Source: an uncultured Acidobacterium sp. (GTDB taxonomy: Bacteria > Acidobacteriota > Vicinamibacteria > Vicinamibacterales > UBA2999). From it: a DNA stretch of 64,000 nucleotides. The stretch covers positions 215-64,214 of the forward strand of contig CAYGMD010000002.1 in the NCBI GenBank assembly GCA_964350785.1. Reading direction: 5' to 3'. A model generated the notes under the pieces. It saw only the letters and a list, made by a program, of their open reading frames with translations. It was not told the origin of the DNA and made no database searches. Made by a program: the position numbers and the translations under genes. Shown here one piece after another: positions 21,627-29,810 of the stretch. The stretch's first letter is position 1. Each line of letters opens with the position of its first letter.

Positions 21627-22754
21627 ATGGCAGGCGTGACACCGCTCGTGGTGCCCCAGGTCAACGTCAACGACGAGTCCGTGCGCCTCGCGCGCTGGTC
21701 CGTGCCCGACGGGGCGACGGTGGCCGCAGGTGATGCGGTGTGCGACGTGGAGACGACGAAGGCGGCGTCGGAGATCACTGCCGGTGCCGGCGGGGTCCTG
21801 GTGCAGTCCGTCAGTGCTGGCGATCAGGTCGCGGTCGGCGCGGTGATAGGTGCGATTGGCCCCACGCGCGAAGCCGCCGCGGCCTTTCTCGCCGAGCGGG
21901 TCGCGGTGGCCCGGCCGGACGCCGGTAGTGGCGCGACGGCGAAGGCGACGGCACTCGCGGCCCAGCATGGCGTGACCCTCGATCAGGTTCGAGCAGCCGG
22001 CGTGCAAGGAACCATCAAGGAAACCGACGTGCGTCGATTCATCGACGCGTCGGCGAAGGCCCTGCCGGCCGGGCTGGCAAAGTACTTCGATCGCGAGGGC
22101 GCGCTGCCCGGCTTCGACGCCGCGATTGCCGCGAACCTGCGGCGATCGACCCAGGGATTGATCCTGACCAGCGTTGACATGGACTGCCGCCTGTCTGCGG
22201 CGCAGGCCGTGATCAAGGACGCGCAGGCGGCCGGCAAGATGGTGAGCCTGCTGCACGTGGTGATCGCCGCGGTTGCCCGCGCGCTGCCCGCGTTTCCGCG
22301 CCTGACCAGCTTCGTGTGGGAAGGCTCGCTCTACCGCCACAAGGCGACGGACATCGCGTTTGTCGCCCGGGCCGCCGACGGCCGGTTGTTCACGCCCGTG
22401 CTGCGAGGCGCGGACCAGTTGTCCGTGACCGACATCGCCAAGGCGTCACAGGCCGCGGCCATGCGGGCCATGCGGGGCACCACCAGGGCCGAGGAGCTCG
22501 AGGGCGCGGCCTTCACGATCTCGCACGTGCCCGTGCCGGGCACCACGCGCGTGGTGGCGCTTCCCAGCTTTGGCCAGTCGGCCATTCTCGGCGTGTCGGC
22601 CGAACGGACCGCCGTCGCCTGGGTGGACGGCGCAGCGGCCGCCCAGCCGATGGTGACCTTCACCCTGAGCTACGACCACGCGCTGTGTGACGGCGTGTAT
22701 GCCGCCGGCTTCCTTGCCGCGCTCGTGAAGGATCTGGAGTCGTCACGATCGTGA
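21627..22754 (+). CDS. E2-type dihydrolipoamide acyltransferase (lipoyl, E3-binding and catalytic domains)
   Basis: Lipoyl domain CDVETTKAASEI (canonical ETDKA). Peripheral-subunit-binding-like segment ATALAAQHGVTLDQVRAAGVQGTIKETDVRRFI. Catalytic motif SYDHALCDG (DHxxxDG). Confidence 0.8.
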   Translation: MAGVTPLVVPQVNVNDESVRLARWSVPDGATVAAGDAVCDVETTKAASEITAGAGGVLVQSVSAGDQVAVGAVIGAIGPTREAAAAFLAERVAVARPDAGSGATAKATALAAQHGVTLDQVRAAGVQGTIKETDVRRFIDASAKALPAGLAKYFDREGALPGFDAAIAANLRRSTQGLILTSVDMDCRLSAAQAVIKDAQAAGKMVSLLHVVIAAVARALPAFPRLTSFVWEGSLYRHKATDIAFVARAADGRLFTPVLRGADQLSVTDIAKASQAAAMRAMRGTTRAEELEGAAFTISHVPVPGTTRVVALPSFGQSAILGVSAERTAVAWVDGAAAAQPMVTFTLSYDHALCDGVYAAGFLAALVKDLESSRS

Positions 22755-23626
22755 CTACGGCCGACCGCTACGCGCAGCTCCTCGGCATTCGCCTGTTCGA
22801 GCAGTCGCTCCTCGACTTGTTCTCGACCGGGGCGCTCTCGGGAACGACGCATACCTGCCTCGGGCAGGAGACCGTGGCCGTCGGCGTGGTCTCGGCCATC
22901 GACCGCACGCGCGACATCGTGTTCAGCAATCACCGGGGGCACGGCCACTTCCTGGCGTACTGCGGCGAGGTCGAACGGCTCTACCTTGAGATTCTCGGCA
23001 AGCCCGGCGGCGTGTGCGGCGGCCGCGGCGGCAGCCAGCACCTGTATTTCGACAACTTCTACTCGAACGGCGTCCAGGGCGGCATTGTCCCCGTCGCCAC
23101 CGGCATGGCGTTGGCCGAGAAGCAGAAGGGCAGTGGCGCGGTGGCCGTGGTGTTCCTTGGCGATGGCACCCTCGGCGAGGGCGTCGTCTACGAGGCCTTC
23201 AATATCGCGTCGTTGTGGTCACTGCCGATCGTCTTCGTGATCGAGCACAACGGCTATGCGCAAAGCACGCCGTCGGCGCTGCAAATTGCGGGCGAGGTGG
23301 CAGCGCGGCCGCGGGCGTTTGGCATTGCCACCGAGGAGTGCCGCTCGACCGACGCCGCCGAGATTTCGGCGCAGGCGACAAAGGCGATCGCCGCGGCCAG
23401 GTCGGGCCGTGGACCGCAGTGCCTGGTTTGCTACACCTATCGGCTTGGCCCGCACAGCAAGGGCGACGACACGCGTCCGGAGGCAGAACTGCGCGAGGCG
23501 TGGTCGCGCGATCCCGTGACGGCCGCGCGGGCCGGACTCGATGAGGCGACCGCGGCGGCCATTGAACAGCGCGTCGGCGCCGAGATCCTGGCCGCGCGCA
23601 CGCGCGCGCTCGAGGCCGCGTCGTAG
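22751..23626 (+). CDS. Thiamine-diphosphate-dependent E1 component, alpha subunit
   Basis: TPP motif FLGDGTLGEGVVYEAFNIASLWSLPIVFVIEHNGYA (GDG...N). 291 aa. GTGA overlap with the E2 gene. Confidence 0.85.
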   Translation: MTTADRYAQLLGIRLFEQSLLDLFSTGALSGTTHTCLGQETVAVGVVSAIDRTRDIVFSNHRGHGHFLAYCGEVERLYLEILGKPGGVCGGRGGSQHLYFDNFYSNGVQGGIVPVATGMALAEKQKGSGAVAVVFLGDGTLGEGVVYEAFNIASLWSLPIVFVIEHNGYAQSTPSALQIAGEVAARPRAFGIATEECRSTDAAEISAQATKAIAAARSGRGPQCLVCYTYRLGPHSKGDDTRPEAELREAWSRDPVTAARAGLDEATAAAIEQRVGAEILAARTRALEAAS

Positions 23627-24637
23627 ATGCCCACCGTGCTCGAATCGATCAACCAGGGCCTGCACGGTGCGATGGCCGCGGATTCGCGGGTGGTCGTGCT
23701 CGGTGAAGACATCCTTGACCCTTACGGCGGCGCGTTCAAGGTGACCAGGGGACTGTCGTCGGCCTATCCCGATCGTGTCTTCACGACGCCGATCTCCGAG
23801 GCGGCGATTGTCGGCCTGGCCTCGGGCCTGGCGCTGCGCGGGATGCGGCCGATTGCCGAGATCATGTTCGGCGACTTCCTGTTTCTCGCCGGTGATCAGC
23901 TCGCCAATCACGCGGCCAAGTTCCAGTGGATGTACAACGACCAGGTCCGCGTGCCGATGGTGGTGCGGGCGCCGATGGGCGCGCGGCGCGGCTACGGGCC
24001 CACGCACAGCCAGTCGCTCGAGAAGCACTTCATGGGCGTCCCCGGCCTGTGGGTGGTGGCGGCGCACATCCTCGGCGAGCCGGGCCGCCTGCTGCGGCAG
24101 GCCGTCGAGTGGGACGCGCCGGTGGTCTTCATCGAGAGCAAGACCTGCTATGGCCGCGCCCTCGTCGCGGCAGTCCCGGGCATGACGGCTACCGTCATTG
24201 CGGATGAGGCCTCGCCCTTTCCCACGCTGGTGCTCCGTCACGATCGCAGCGACGCCGCCGATGGCTTGCTGTGGTGTTACGGCGGAATGACGCCGCATTG
24301 CCTCGAGGCGGTGCAGCACTTGAAGGAGGTCGAGGGCCTGCACCTCGATCTCGCGGTGGTCAGCCAGTTGTCGCCGGTGCCGGCCTCACACCTCGCGCGC
24401 ATCGTCGCCGACGGCGAGACGACGCTGTTTGTCTACGCGGAAGAGGCGAGTGCTGAGCACGGGTGGTCCGCGGAGATCCTCGCGCAGGTGCAGCAGTGCG
24501 TGAGCGCGTCCGGGCGACCGGGGCGTCACCTCCGCATCGGCGGCGCGCATACGCCGATTCCGAGCAGTCGCGTCCTCGAGATGGACGTTGTGCCCGCCGC
24601 GCGCGACATCATCGCGCGCGTCCTGGAGTGTTTCTGA
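23627..24637 (+). CDS. E1 component, beta subunit (transketolase-like pyrimidine-binding and C-terminal domains)
   Basis: VVVLGEDILDPYGGAFKVTRGL, TPISEAAIVGLASGLALRGMRPIAEIMFGDF and the VVRAPMGARRGYGPTHSQS motif. Start codon directly abuts the alpha-subunit stop. Confidence 0.9.
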   Translation: MPTVLESINQGLHGAMAADSRVVVLGEDILDPYGGAFKVTRGLSSAYPDRVFTTPISEAAIVGLASGLALRGMRPIAEIMFGDFLFLAGDQLANHAAKFQWMYNDQVRVPMVVRAPMGARRGYGPTHSQSLEKHFMGVPGLWVVAAHILGEPGRLLRQAVEWDAPVVFIESKTCYGRALVAAVPGMTATVIADEASPFPTLVLRHDRSDAADGLLWCYGGMTPHCLEAVQHLKEVEGLHLDLAVVSQLSPVPASHLARIVADGETTLFVYAEEASAEHGWSAEILAQVQQCVSASGRPGRHLRIGGAHTPIPSSRVLEMDVVPAARDIIARVLECF

Positions 24638-25590
24638 TTAGCCGCCGCCATCTCATCTTCGCCGCGCAAGCCGTGGTCACCACGGTGCTGCTGGTGCTGC
24701 TGTTCCGCCGGTTCGACTGGGCGCGGTTTGCCGAAGTGTTGCAGCAGATGCCGGCCTGGTTCTACGCCGGCTCGCTCGTGGTGCTGGCGCTCGGGCAGGC
24801 GCTCTACGCCTACCGATGGCGTGTGGTGCTGGCGGGCATCGGCGTCGACGTGCCGTTCGGCGAAGTGCTGCGCCAGTATTTCATCGGCATCTTCTTCGCC
24901 AACCTGATGCCGACGGCGGTCGGCGGCGACGCGGCGAAGGTCTATTACCTCGGCCGGCGCTCGGGATTCGTGCAGATAACCGCCTCGGTCATCCTCGACC
25001 GGCTGCTGGGCTTCGTCTGGCTGGCGGTGATTGGGGCGGCGCTGGCGTGGGCGGTGGGTGGGGATGCGCCGGTGCTGGTCCTGAACCGCCGGTTGCTGAC
25101 GCTGTTTGCCGCGGGATTCGGGGTGGCGCTGCTGGTCGCCTGGCTGGTGCCGGTCGAGCGCGTCCTGCCACGCCTGGTGCCCGCGCGATGGAGCTCGTGG
25201 ACCTCCCGGGTCAGCGAGTTCGTGCTGCTGGTGCGCGAGGGCGTGTGCCGGCCGGCGACGTTCTTCACTGCCGGCGCCATTGTCGGCGCCTACGCCTGGC
25301 TCATCGCCATGGTGTACCAGCAGTACTTTGCCGTGAGCGGCCTTCCCGCGCTGGCCCTCCTGCCGGTGCTGCTGGCGATCGTCAGCATGTCGATCTTCGT
25401 GAACGTGCCGATCACGGTCGGCGGCATCGGCTTGCGGGAGCAACTCCACGTGCTGCTGTTCACCGCGTTTGGCGTGCCCAAGGAAGTGGCCGTGACGATC
25501 TCACTGATATTGTTCTCGCAGTCGTTGTTGTTGAGCCTGATCGGCGGCGGCCTGTGGCTCAGGATTCGGCCGACGGTGGTGGCGGCATGA
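24628..25590 (+). CDS. UPF0104 / LPG-synthase-TM (flippase-like) membrane protein
   Basis: About 8 hydrophobic segments. FDWARFAEVLQQM...YAYRWRVVL and FFANLMPTAVGGDAAKVYYL are motifs typical of this family. Start is uncertain (GTG 24628). Confidence 0.6.
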   Translation: MFLISRRHLIFAAQAVVTTVLLVLLFRRFDWARFAEVLQQMPAWFYAGSLVVLALGQALYAYRWRVVLAGIGVDVPFGEVLRQYFIGIFFANLMPTAVGGDAAKVYYLGRRSGFVQITASVILDRLLGFVWLAVIGAALAWAVGGDAPVLVLNRRLLTLFAAGFGVALLVAWLVPVERVLPRLVPARWSSWTSRVSEFVLLVREGVCRPATFFTAGAIVGAYAWLIAMVYQQYFAVSGLPALALLPVLLAIVSMSIFVNVPITVGGIGLREQLHVLLFTAFGVPKEVAVTISLILFSQSLLLSLIGGGLWLRIRPTVVAA

Positions 25591-27335
25591 GCGACGTCGT
25601 CATTCACGCCAGGGACCTCACCAAGGTCTACCGGCTCTACACGAGCCCGCGCTACCGATTTCTCGACATGTTCGGGATGCTGCGGAATGCGGCCGGCGCC
25701 TACACGGAGCACGCGGCGCTCGGCGGGGTCAGTCTCGACATCCGTCGCGGCGAGAAGGTGGCGTTCATCGGCCGGAACGGCGCTGGCAAGAGCACGCTGT
25801 TGAAGCTCTTCACCGGGGTCATCGAGCCCACGTCCGGCACACTCGACGTGCGCGGCAAGGCGCACGCGCTGCTGCAGATCGGTACCGGCTTCCATCCTGA
25901 TTTCAGCGGCCGGGAGAATGTCTACGCCTACCTGGCCCAATTGGGTGTGACCGGGCGCGAGGCCGACAGGAAGTACGGGGAGATAGTCGAGTTTGCCGAG
26001 CTCGAGGAGTACATCAGCCAGCCGGTCAAGACCTACTCGAGCGGCATGGCCGTTCGCCTGATGTTCTCGACCTCGACCGCCATCACCCCCGACCTGTTGG
26101 TGCTCGACGAGGTGCTCGGTGTGGGCGACGCATATTTTGCGCATAAGAGCTACGGCCGCATCCGCGAGTTGTGCGAACGCGACGGCACGACCCTCCTTCT
26201 GGTGACGCACGACGTCTACTCGGCGGTCACCATTTGCGACCGCGTGATCTGGATCGATCATGGTCGCGTGTTGATGGACGGTGACGGCGCGACCGTCGTC
26301 AACGCCTATGAAAACTCGATCCGGGTCCAGGAAGAGCAACGCCTGCGGCTGAAGGCCGGGCAGCGGGCGAAGGAACTGGCGGCTGCCGGGGGCAGCCTGG
26401 TGGTCGTCGAGGTGTTCGCCGCCGATGGTGTGCCGCCCGCGTGCCCAGTCTACTTCTCCCGCATCGAACTCATGGCAGGAGGCGAGAGCATTGGCCGCCT
26501 GTCGCTGGACGGCTCGCCGGCGCCGCGGTCGGCGCTCCAGTTTGAGGGCAGCAACTGGGGCGGCGGCGTCGAATGGGAAGGCCGGCCCGCGCGCGCGATG
26601 CTGAACTTTGGTTCACCTTTCCAGAAGGTGGCCGGCACCGTCGCCGCTCCGGCCTCGTTGACCGATATCGCCAGCGAGACGTTGTCCCTCGAGTTGGATT
26701 ACTGGTCGGCCGAGCCGTGCACTTTGGCAGCGCGCGCTTTTGTGGACGGCGGCGAGATCACGCTGGGGCCGTTGCCGCCATCGAGGTCCTCGTGGATCAC
26801 TCATCGCGCCGTGCCGTCGGACGTGACCCTGGCCGAGAAGGCGCGCGAGTTGACGCCATCCGGCCGCCAGGGAACGGGATCGATCGTCGTCGAGAAGGTT
26901 CTTCCCTGCAACGCCGAGGGCCAGGAGACGTACGCGTTCCGTCATGGCGAGGCGTTCGAGTTGCGGATGCGGTATCGCATCAACCAGCCCGGCCTGCGCG
27001 AGCGGCCGCAGATCCTCGTCGCCTTCCTGCGCGACGGTGTCCAGGACGTGATGCGCACCATCAGCCGCGAGTTCGTGTTCGACGAAGCGCGCCAGCGCGA
27101 GGGCGAGGTCGTTCTTCGCTACCCGAAGCTGCCGCTGGCGAACGGCACCTATTCGGTGACCGTGATGATGGCCCGCGAGGGGTACTACGACGAACAACAG
27201 ACGCTTTACTTCTCGATTAATCCTGGCGTCTACACCTGCCTGACGCGCCTGTTCGATATTTCCGTCGAGCATGGGGGCATCGTCGGCAGCGGCACCGCGG
27301 TTGTGACCGACGGAGACTGGAGCCTTCTGCCATGA
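25587..27335 (+). CDS. Second Wzt-like ABC ATPase with a ~330-aa bipartite C-terminal extension; no adjacent permease
   Basis: Internal ATG (MSDVVIHARDLTKVY) overlapping the upstream stop. Walker A GRNGAGKST, signature YSSGMAVRL, Walker B LLVLDE. A long beta-rich tail ends in a Wzt_C-like segment. Confidence 0.85.
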   Translation: MSDVVIHARDLTKVYRLYTSPRYRFLDMFGMLRNAAGAYTEHAALGGVSLDIRRGEKVAFIGRNGAGKSTLLKLFTGVIEPTSGTLDVRGKAHALLQIGTGFHPDFSGRENVYAYLAQLGVTGREADRKYGEIVEFAELEEYISQPVKTYSSGMAVRLMFSTSTAITPDLLVLDEVLGVGDAYFAHKSYGRIRELCERDGTTLLLVTHDVYSAVTICDRVIWIDHGRVLMDGDGATVVNAYENSIRVQEEQRLRLKAGQRAKELAAAGGSLVVVEVFAADGVPPACPVYFSRIELMAGGESIGRLSLDGSPAPRSALQFEGSNWGGGVEWEGRPARAMLNFGSPFQKVAGTVAAPASLTDIASETLSLELDYWSAEPCTLAARAFVDGGEITLGPLPPSRSSWITHRAVPSDVTLAEKARELTPSGRQGTGSIVVEKVLPCNAEGQETYAFRHGEAFELRMRYRINQPGLRERPQILVAFLRDGVQDVMRTISREFVFDEARQREGEVVLRYPKLPLANGTYSVTVMMAREGYYDEQQTLYFSINPGVYTCLTRLFDISVEHGGIVGSGTAVVTDGDWSLLP

Positions 27336-28312
27336 GCCGCGCGTTGTTCGATCGCTGGTTGAGCCGTTGGCGATCCACACCCGCAGGGGAAACCGCCGTG
27401 TCGGTGCCGGCTGCGGTCGATTCCCCGCCGCCGGTCGCGGTTGCCGAGGTGCTGGAACTGGACCTCGCGGCAACGCTGGCGCGCGAGTTCGCGGACGAGT
27501 ATCCGATTTGCGCGGCGACGACGGCAGCCGTCGTGGCGCGGCTGGGGGCGGCGGACCTGGCGCCGCTGGCCAGGCGATCACCGTCGCTCGCCGGCTATGA
27601 CTGGGCCAGCTACTTGGACTGCAGCGCCTGCCGGGTCGTGCGCGTGCAGCGGGCGCTACGGCAACACGTCGCGCCTGGCGGCCGTGTTCTCGACTACGGT
27701 TCGTACTTCGGGAATTTCGGGCTGGCCTGCCAGGCGATGGGATTTCGCGTCGATGCCGTGGATTCGTATCGCCAATACGGTCAGGCGCTGGCGCCGTGGG
27801 CGGACCTCCAGCGAGAGTCCGGCATCGCCGTGCACGATTTCGTCGACACCGGGTATGACCTGGCGGCGCTCGGTCACGGGCAGTTCGATGCCGTCATCTG
27901 CGCCGGCGTGATCGAACACATCCCGCATTCGCCCAAGGCGTTGCTCGACTCGCTGACCGCGGCACTGGCGCCGGGCGGGATCCTGATTCTCGACACGCCG
28001 AATTTGGCGTACCTTTACAAGCGCCTGACGCTGGTCGAAGGGCAGAGCATCTTCGCGCCGATCTCGCATCAGTACTTCACCGAGTTGCCATTCGAAGGGC
28101 ATCACCGCGAGTACACGGTGGCGGAAGTCGAGTGGATACTGAAGACGGCGGGCCACGAGATCCTGTCGCTCGAAACGTTCAACTACAGCATGTTCGGCCA
28201 GACACAGCTCACGGGTGAGCATCTGATGTACTACCGCGCGATGGCCGCGGACCCCTTGCTGCGAGAGCTCATGATCGCCGTCTCGCGACGCGGGGCTGAG
28301 TCCGCCCCATGA
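27332..28312 (+). CDS. Class I SAM-dependent methyltransferase
   Basis: VLDYGSYFGNFGLAC (motif I variant), FDAVICAGVIEHIPH, GGILILDTPN. Confidence 0.7.
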   Translation: MSRALFDRWLSRWRSTPAGETAVSVPAAVDSPPPVAVAEVLELDLAATLAREFADEYPICAATTAAVVARLGAADLAPLARRSPSLAGYDWASYLDCSACRVVRVQRALRQHVAPGGRVLDYGSYFGNFGLACQAMGFRVDAVDSYRQYGQALAPWADLQRESGIAVHDFVDTGYDLAALGHGQFDAVICAGVIEHIPHSPKALLDSLTAALAPGGILILDTPNLAYLYKRLTLVEGQSIFAPISHQYFTELPFEGHHREYTVAEVEWILKTAGHEILSLETFNYSMFGQTQLTGEHLMYYRAMAADPLLRELMIAVSRRGAESAP

Positions 28313-29772
28313 CGATAATCGCCAAGGATCTCAAGACCATGTCGAATCCCGATCCGTTCAACGGCGCCAGCGACGCATCACTCATTGCGAGCCTGACTCT
28401 GTTTGCGCGCGAGTTGCTGCGTCGTGCCACGCGGACGCTGGCGAGCGGCGGGGAAGTACCCGTGCACCACGTCAGCGTGCCATTGCCGGTCTCACGCGCG
28501 TCGGCGGCCGACTTCGTGCGCATGATTCAGCTCTGGGTCGCAGACCGCGCGGGCGTCCCGGTCACGGCGCCGCCCCGTCCGTGCCCCGCGTGCCGGTCCG
28601 ACGACAGCGAGTTTCAGTTCCTCAGCTTCGATCAGTATCCGTACCGCGAATGTCGCTCCTGCGGCACCTGGTTCGTGCCGCTCGCGATCGACGACCGCAT
28701 CTTCGCCGACTATTTTCAGCGGGTGCCCGAAGCGCAGCAGATCTCTGCCGGGATGATGTCCGGTCGCGACGAGCTCACGCGCGATAGTGACCGGCAGCGG
28801 TTTGGCCACTACTTCCAGTTGCTACAGCCGTTCCTGGGCGACGCGCCGCAGCCGACGCGTTATCTCGACATCGGCTGTGGCGTCGGCCATTCGGTGGAAC
28901 TGGCGGCCAGCCTTGGCTGGAACGCGCGTGGCGAAGAGCTCAGCGAGGTGGCCGTTGCCACCGCGCAGGCGAAGGGCCGGAATGTGGTGCGCCCTGGCCA
29001 GAGGGGGGCGGACGAAGCCTACGATGTCATCTCATTGTTTGAGACGCTCGAACACATCACCGATCCGGACCAGGTGTTGGCGGACGCGATTCGTGCGCTC
29101 GCCCCGTCCGGGGTCGTCATGATTACAGTGCCGAACCGCGCGAGCTTCGAGATTTCGATCTTGCGCGAACGCTGCTTTCACGTGTTCGGCGGCTACGAGC
29201 ATGTTGGGCACATCAACTTGTTCGATTCGCGAGGGATCAGCGCACTACTCCAGCGTCATGGGCTCTCGCTCATGTTCACGGATGGTCAGTTTGGCAGCGA
29301 CCTGAGCCAGATCTGTTCGCACCTGACCTCGAGCGGGCAGTCGGTTCCCGACGTGCTGGCCACGGGCCGAGTCGAGTTCCCGATCGCGGAGCCGGCGCAT
29401 CAGGTGCTCAATATCCTGGGCCCGGCAGTGTCATTGCTCGAACGGGCGTCGCATCGGTCACCCATCCTGATTGCGCTCGCCTGCCGGACGGCCGCGCGGC
29501 CGCACCTCGAGCCACGGTTCACGGCGCTAATCGAGCACTGGCGCGGCCAGATGGATGCGTCCGTTGCCGCGGCTTTGGGTGAGTGTGAGGCCGAGCACAA
29601 GGACACCGCCGCGGTCTTGCAGGCCGAAGTGAATCGGCGCGACACTTTATTGGCCGGGCTCCATGACAAGCTCAACTCAACCGACCAGCTGCTCAACGAT
29701 GTCAGGGCCAGGCTCGACCGCACGCTCGATGCTCGCTTGCGGCGGCTGGCCCGTAAGGTGCTGGGCCGCTAG
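28309..29772 (+). CDS. SAM-dependent methyltransferase with N-terminal Cys4 zinc-ribbon and C-terminal coiled-coil
   Basis: CPACRSD...CRSCGTWF Cys4 motif, motif I YLDIGCGVGHS, YDVISLFETLEHI. The last ~70 aa are heptad-like and rich in charged residues and Leu (AEVNRRDTLLAGLHDKLNSTDQLLNDVRARLDRTLDARLRRLARKVL). Confidence 0.75.
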   Translation: MTIIAKDLKTMSNPDPFNGASDASLIASLTLFARELLRRATRTLASGGEVPVHHVSVPLPVSRASAADFVRMIQLWVADRAGVPVTAPPRPCPACRSDDSEFQFLSFDQYPYRECRSCGTWFVPLAIDDRIFADYFQRVPEAQQISAGMMSGRDELTRDSDRQRFGHYFQLLQPFLGDAPQPTRYLDIGCGVGHSVELAASLGWNARGEELSEVAVATAQAKGRNVVRPGQRGADEAYDVISLFETLEHITDPDQVLADAIRALAPSGVVMITVPNRASFEISILRERCFHVFGGYEHVGHINLFDSRGISALLQRHGLSLMFTDGQFGSDLSQICSHLTSSGQSVPDVLATGRVEFPIAEPAHQVLNILGPAVSLLERASHRSPILIALACRTAARPHLEPRFTALIEHWRGQMDASVAAALGECEAEHKDTAAVLQAEVNRRDTLLAGLHDKLNSTDQLLNDVRARLDRTLDARLRRLARKVLGR

Positions 29773-29810
29773 TCTAGCTCGCATCCCTCGAACCTCAAGG
29801 TCACATTCAT

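Noticed and set aside
24816-27335. An 839-aa + strand ORF that could be read as a giant fusion protein.
   Set aside because: Its first ~257 codons overlap the UPF0104 membrane-protein gene in another frame and translate to Arg/Gly/Pro-rich sequence. The ABC ATPase homology begins exactly at the ATG at 25587, which forms an ATGA overlap with the upstream stop.
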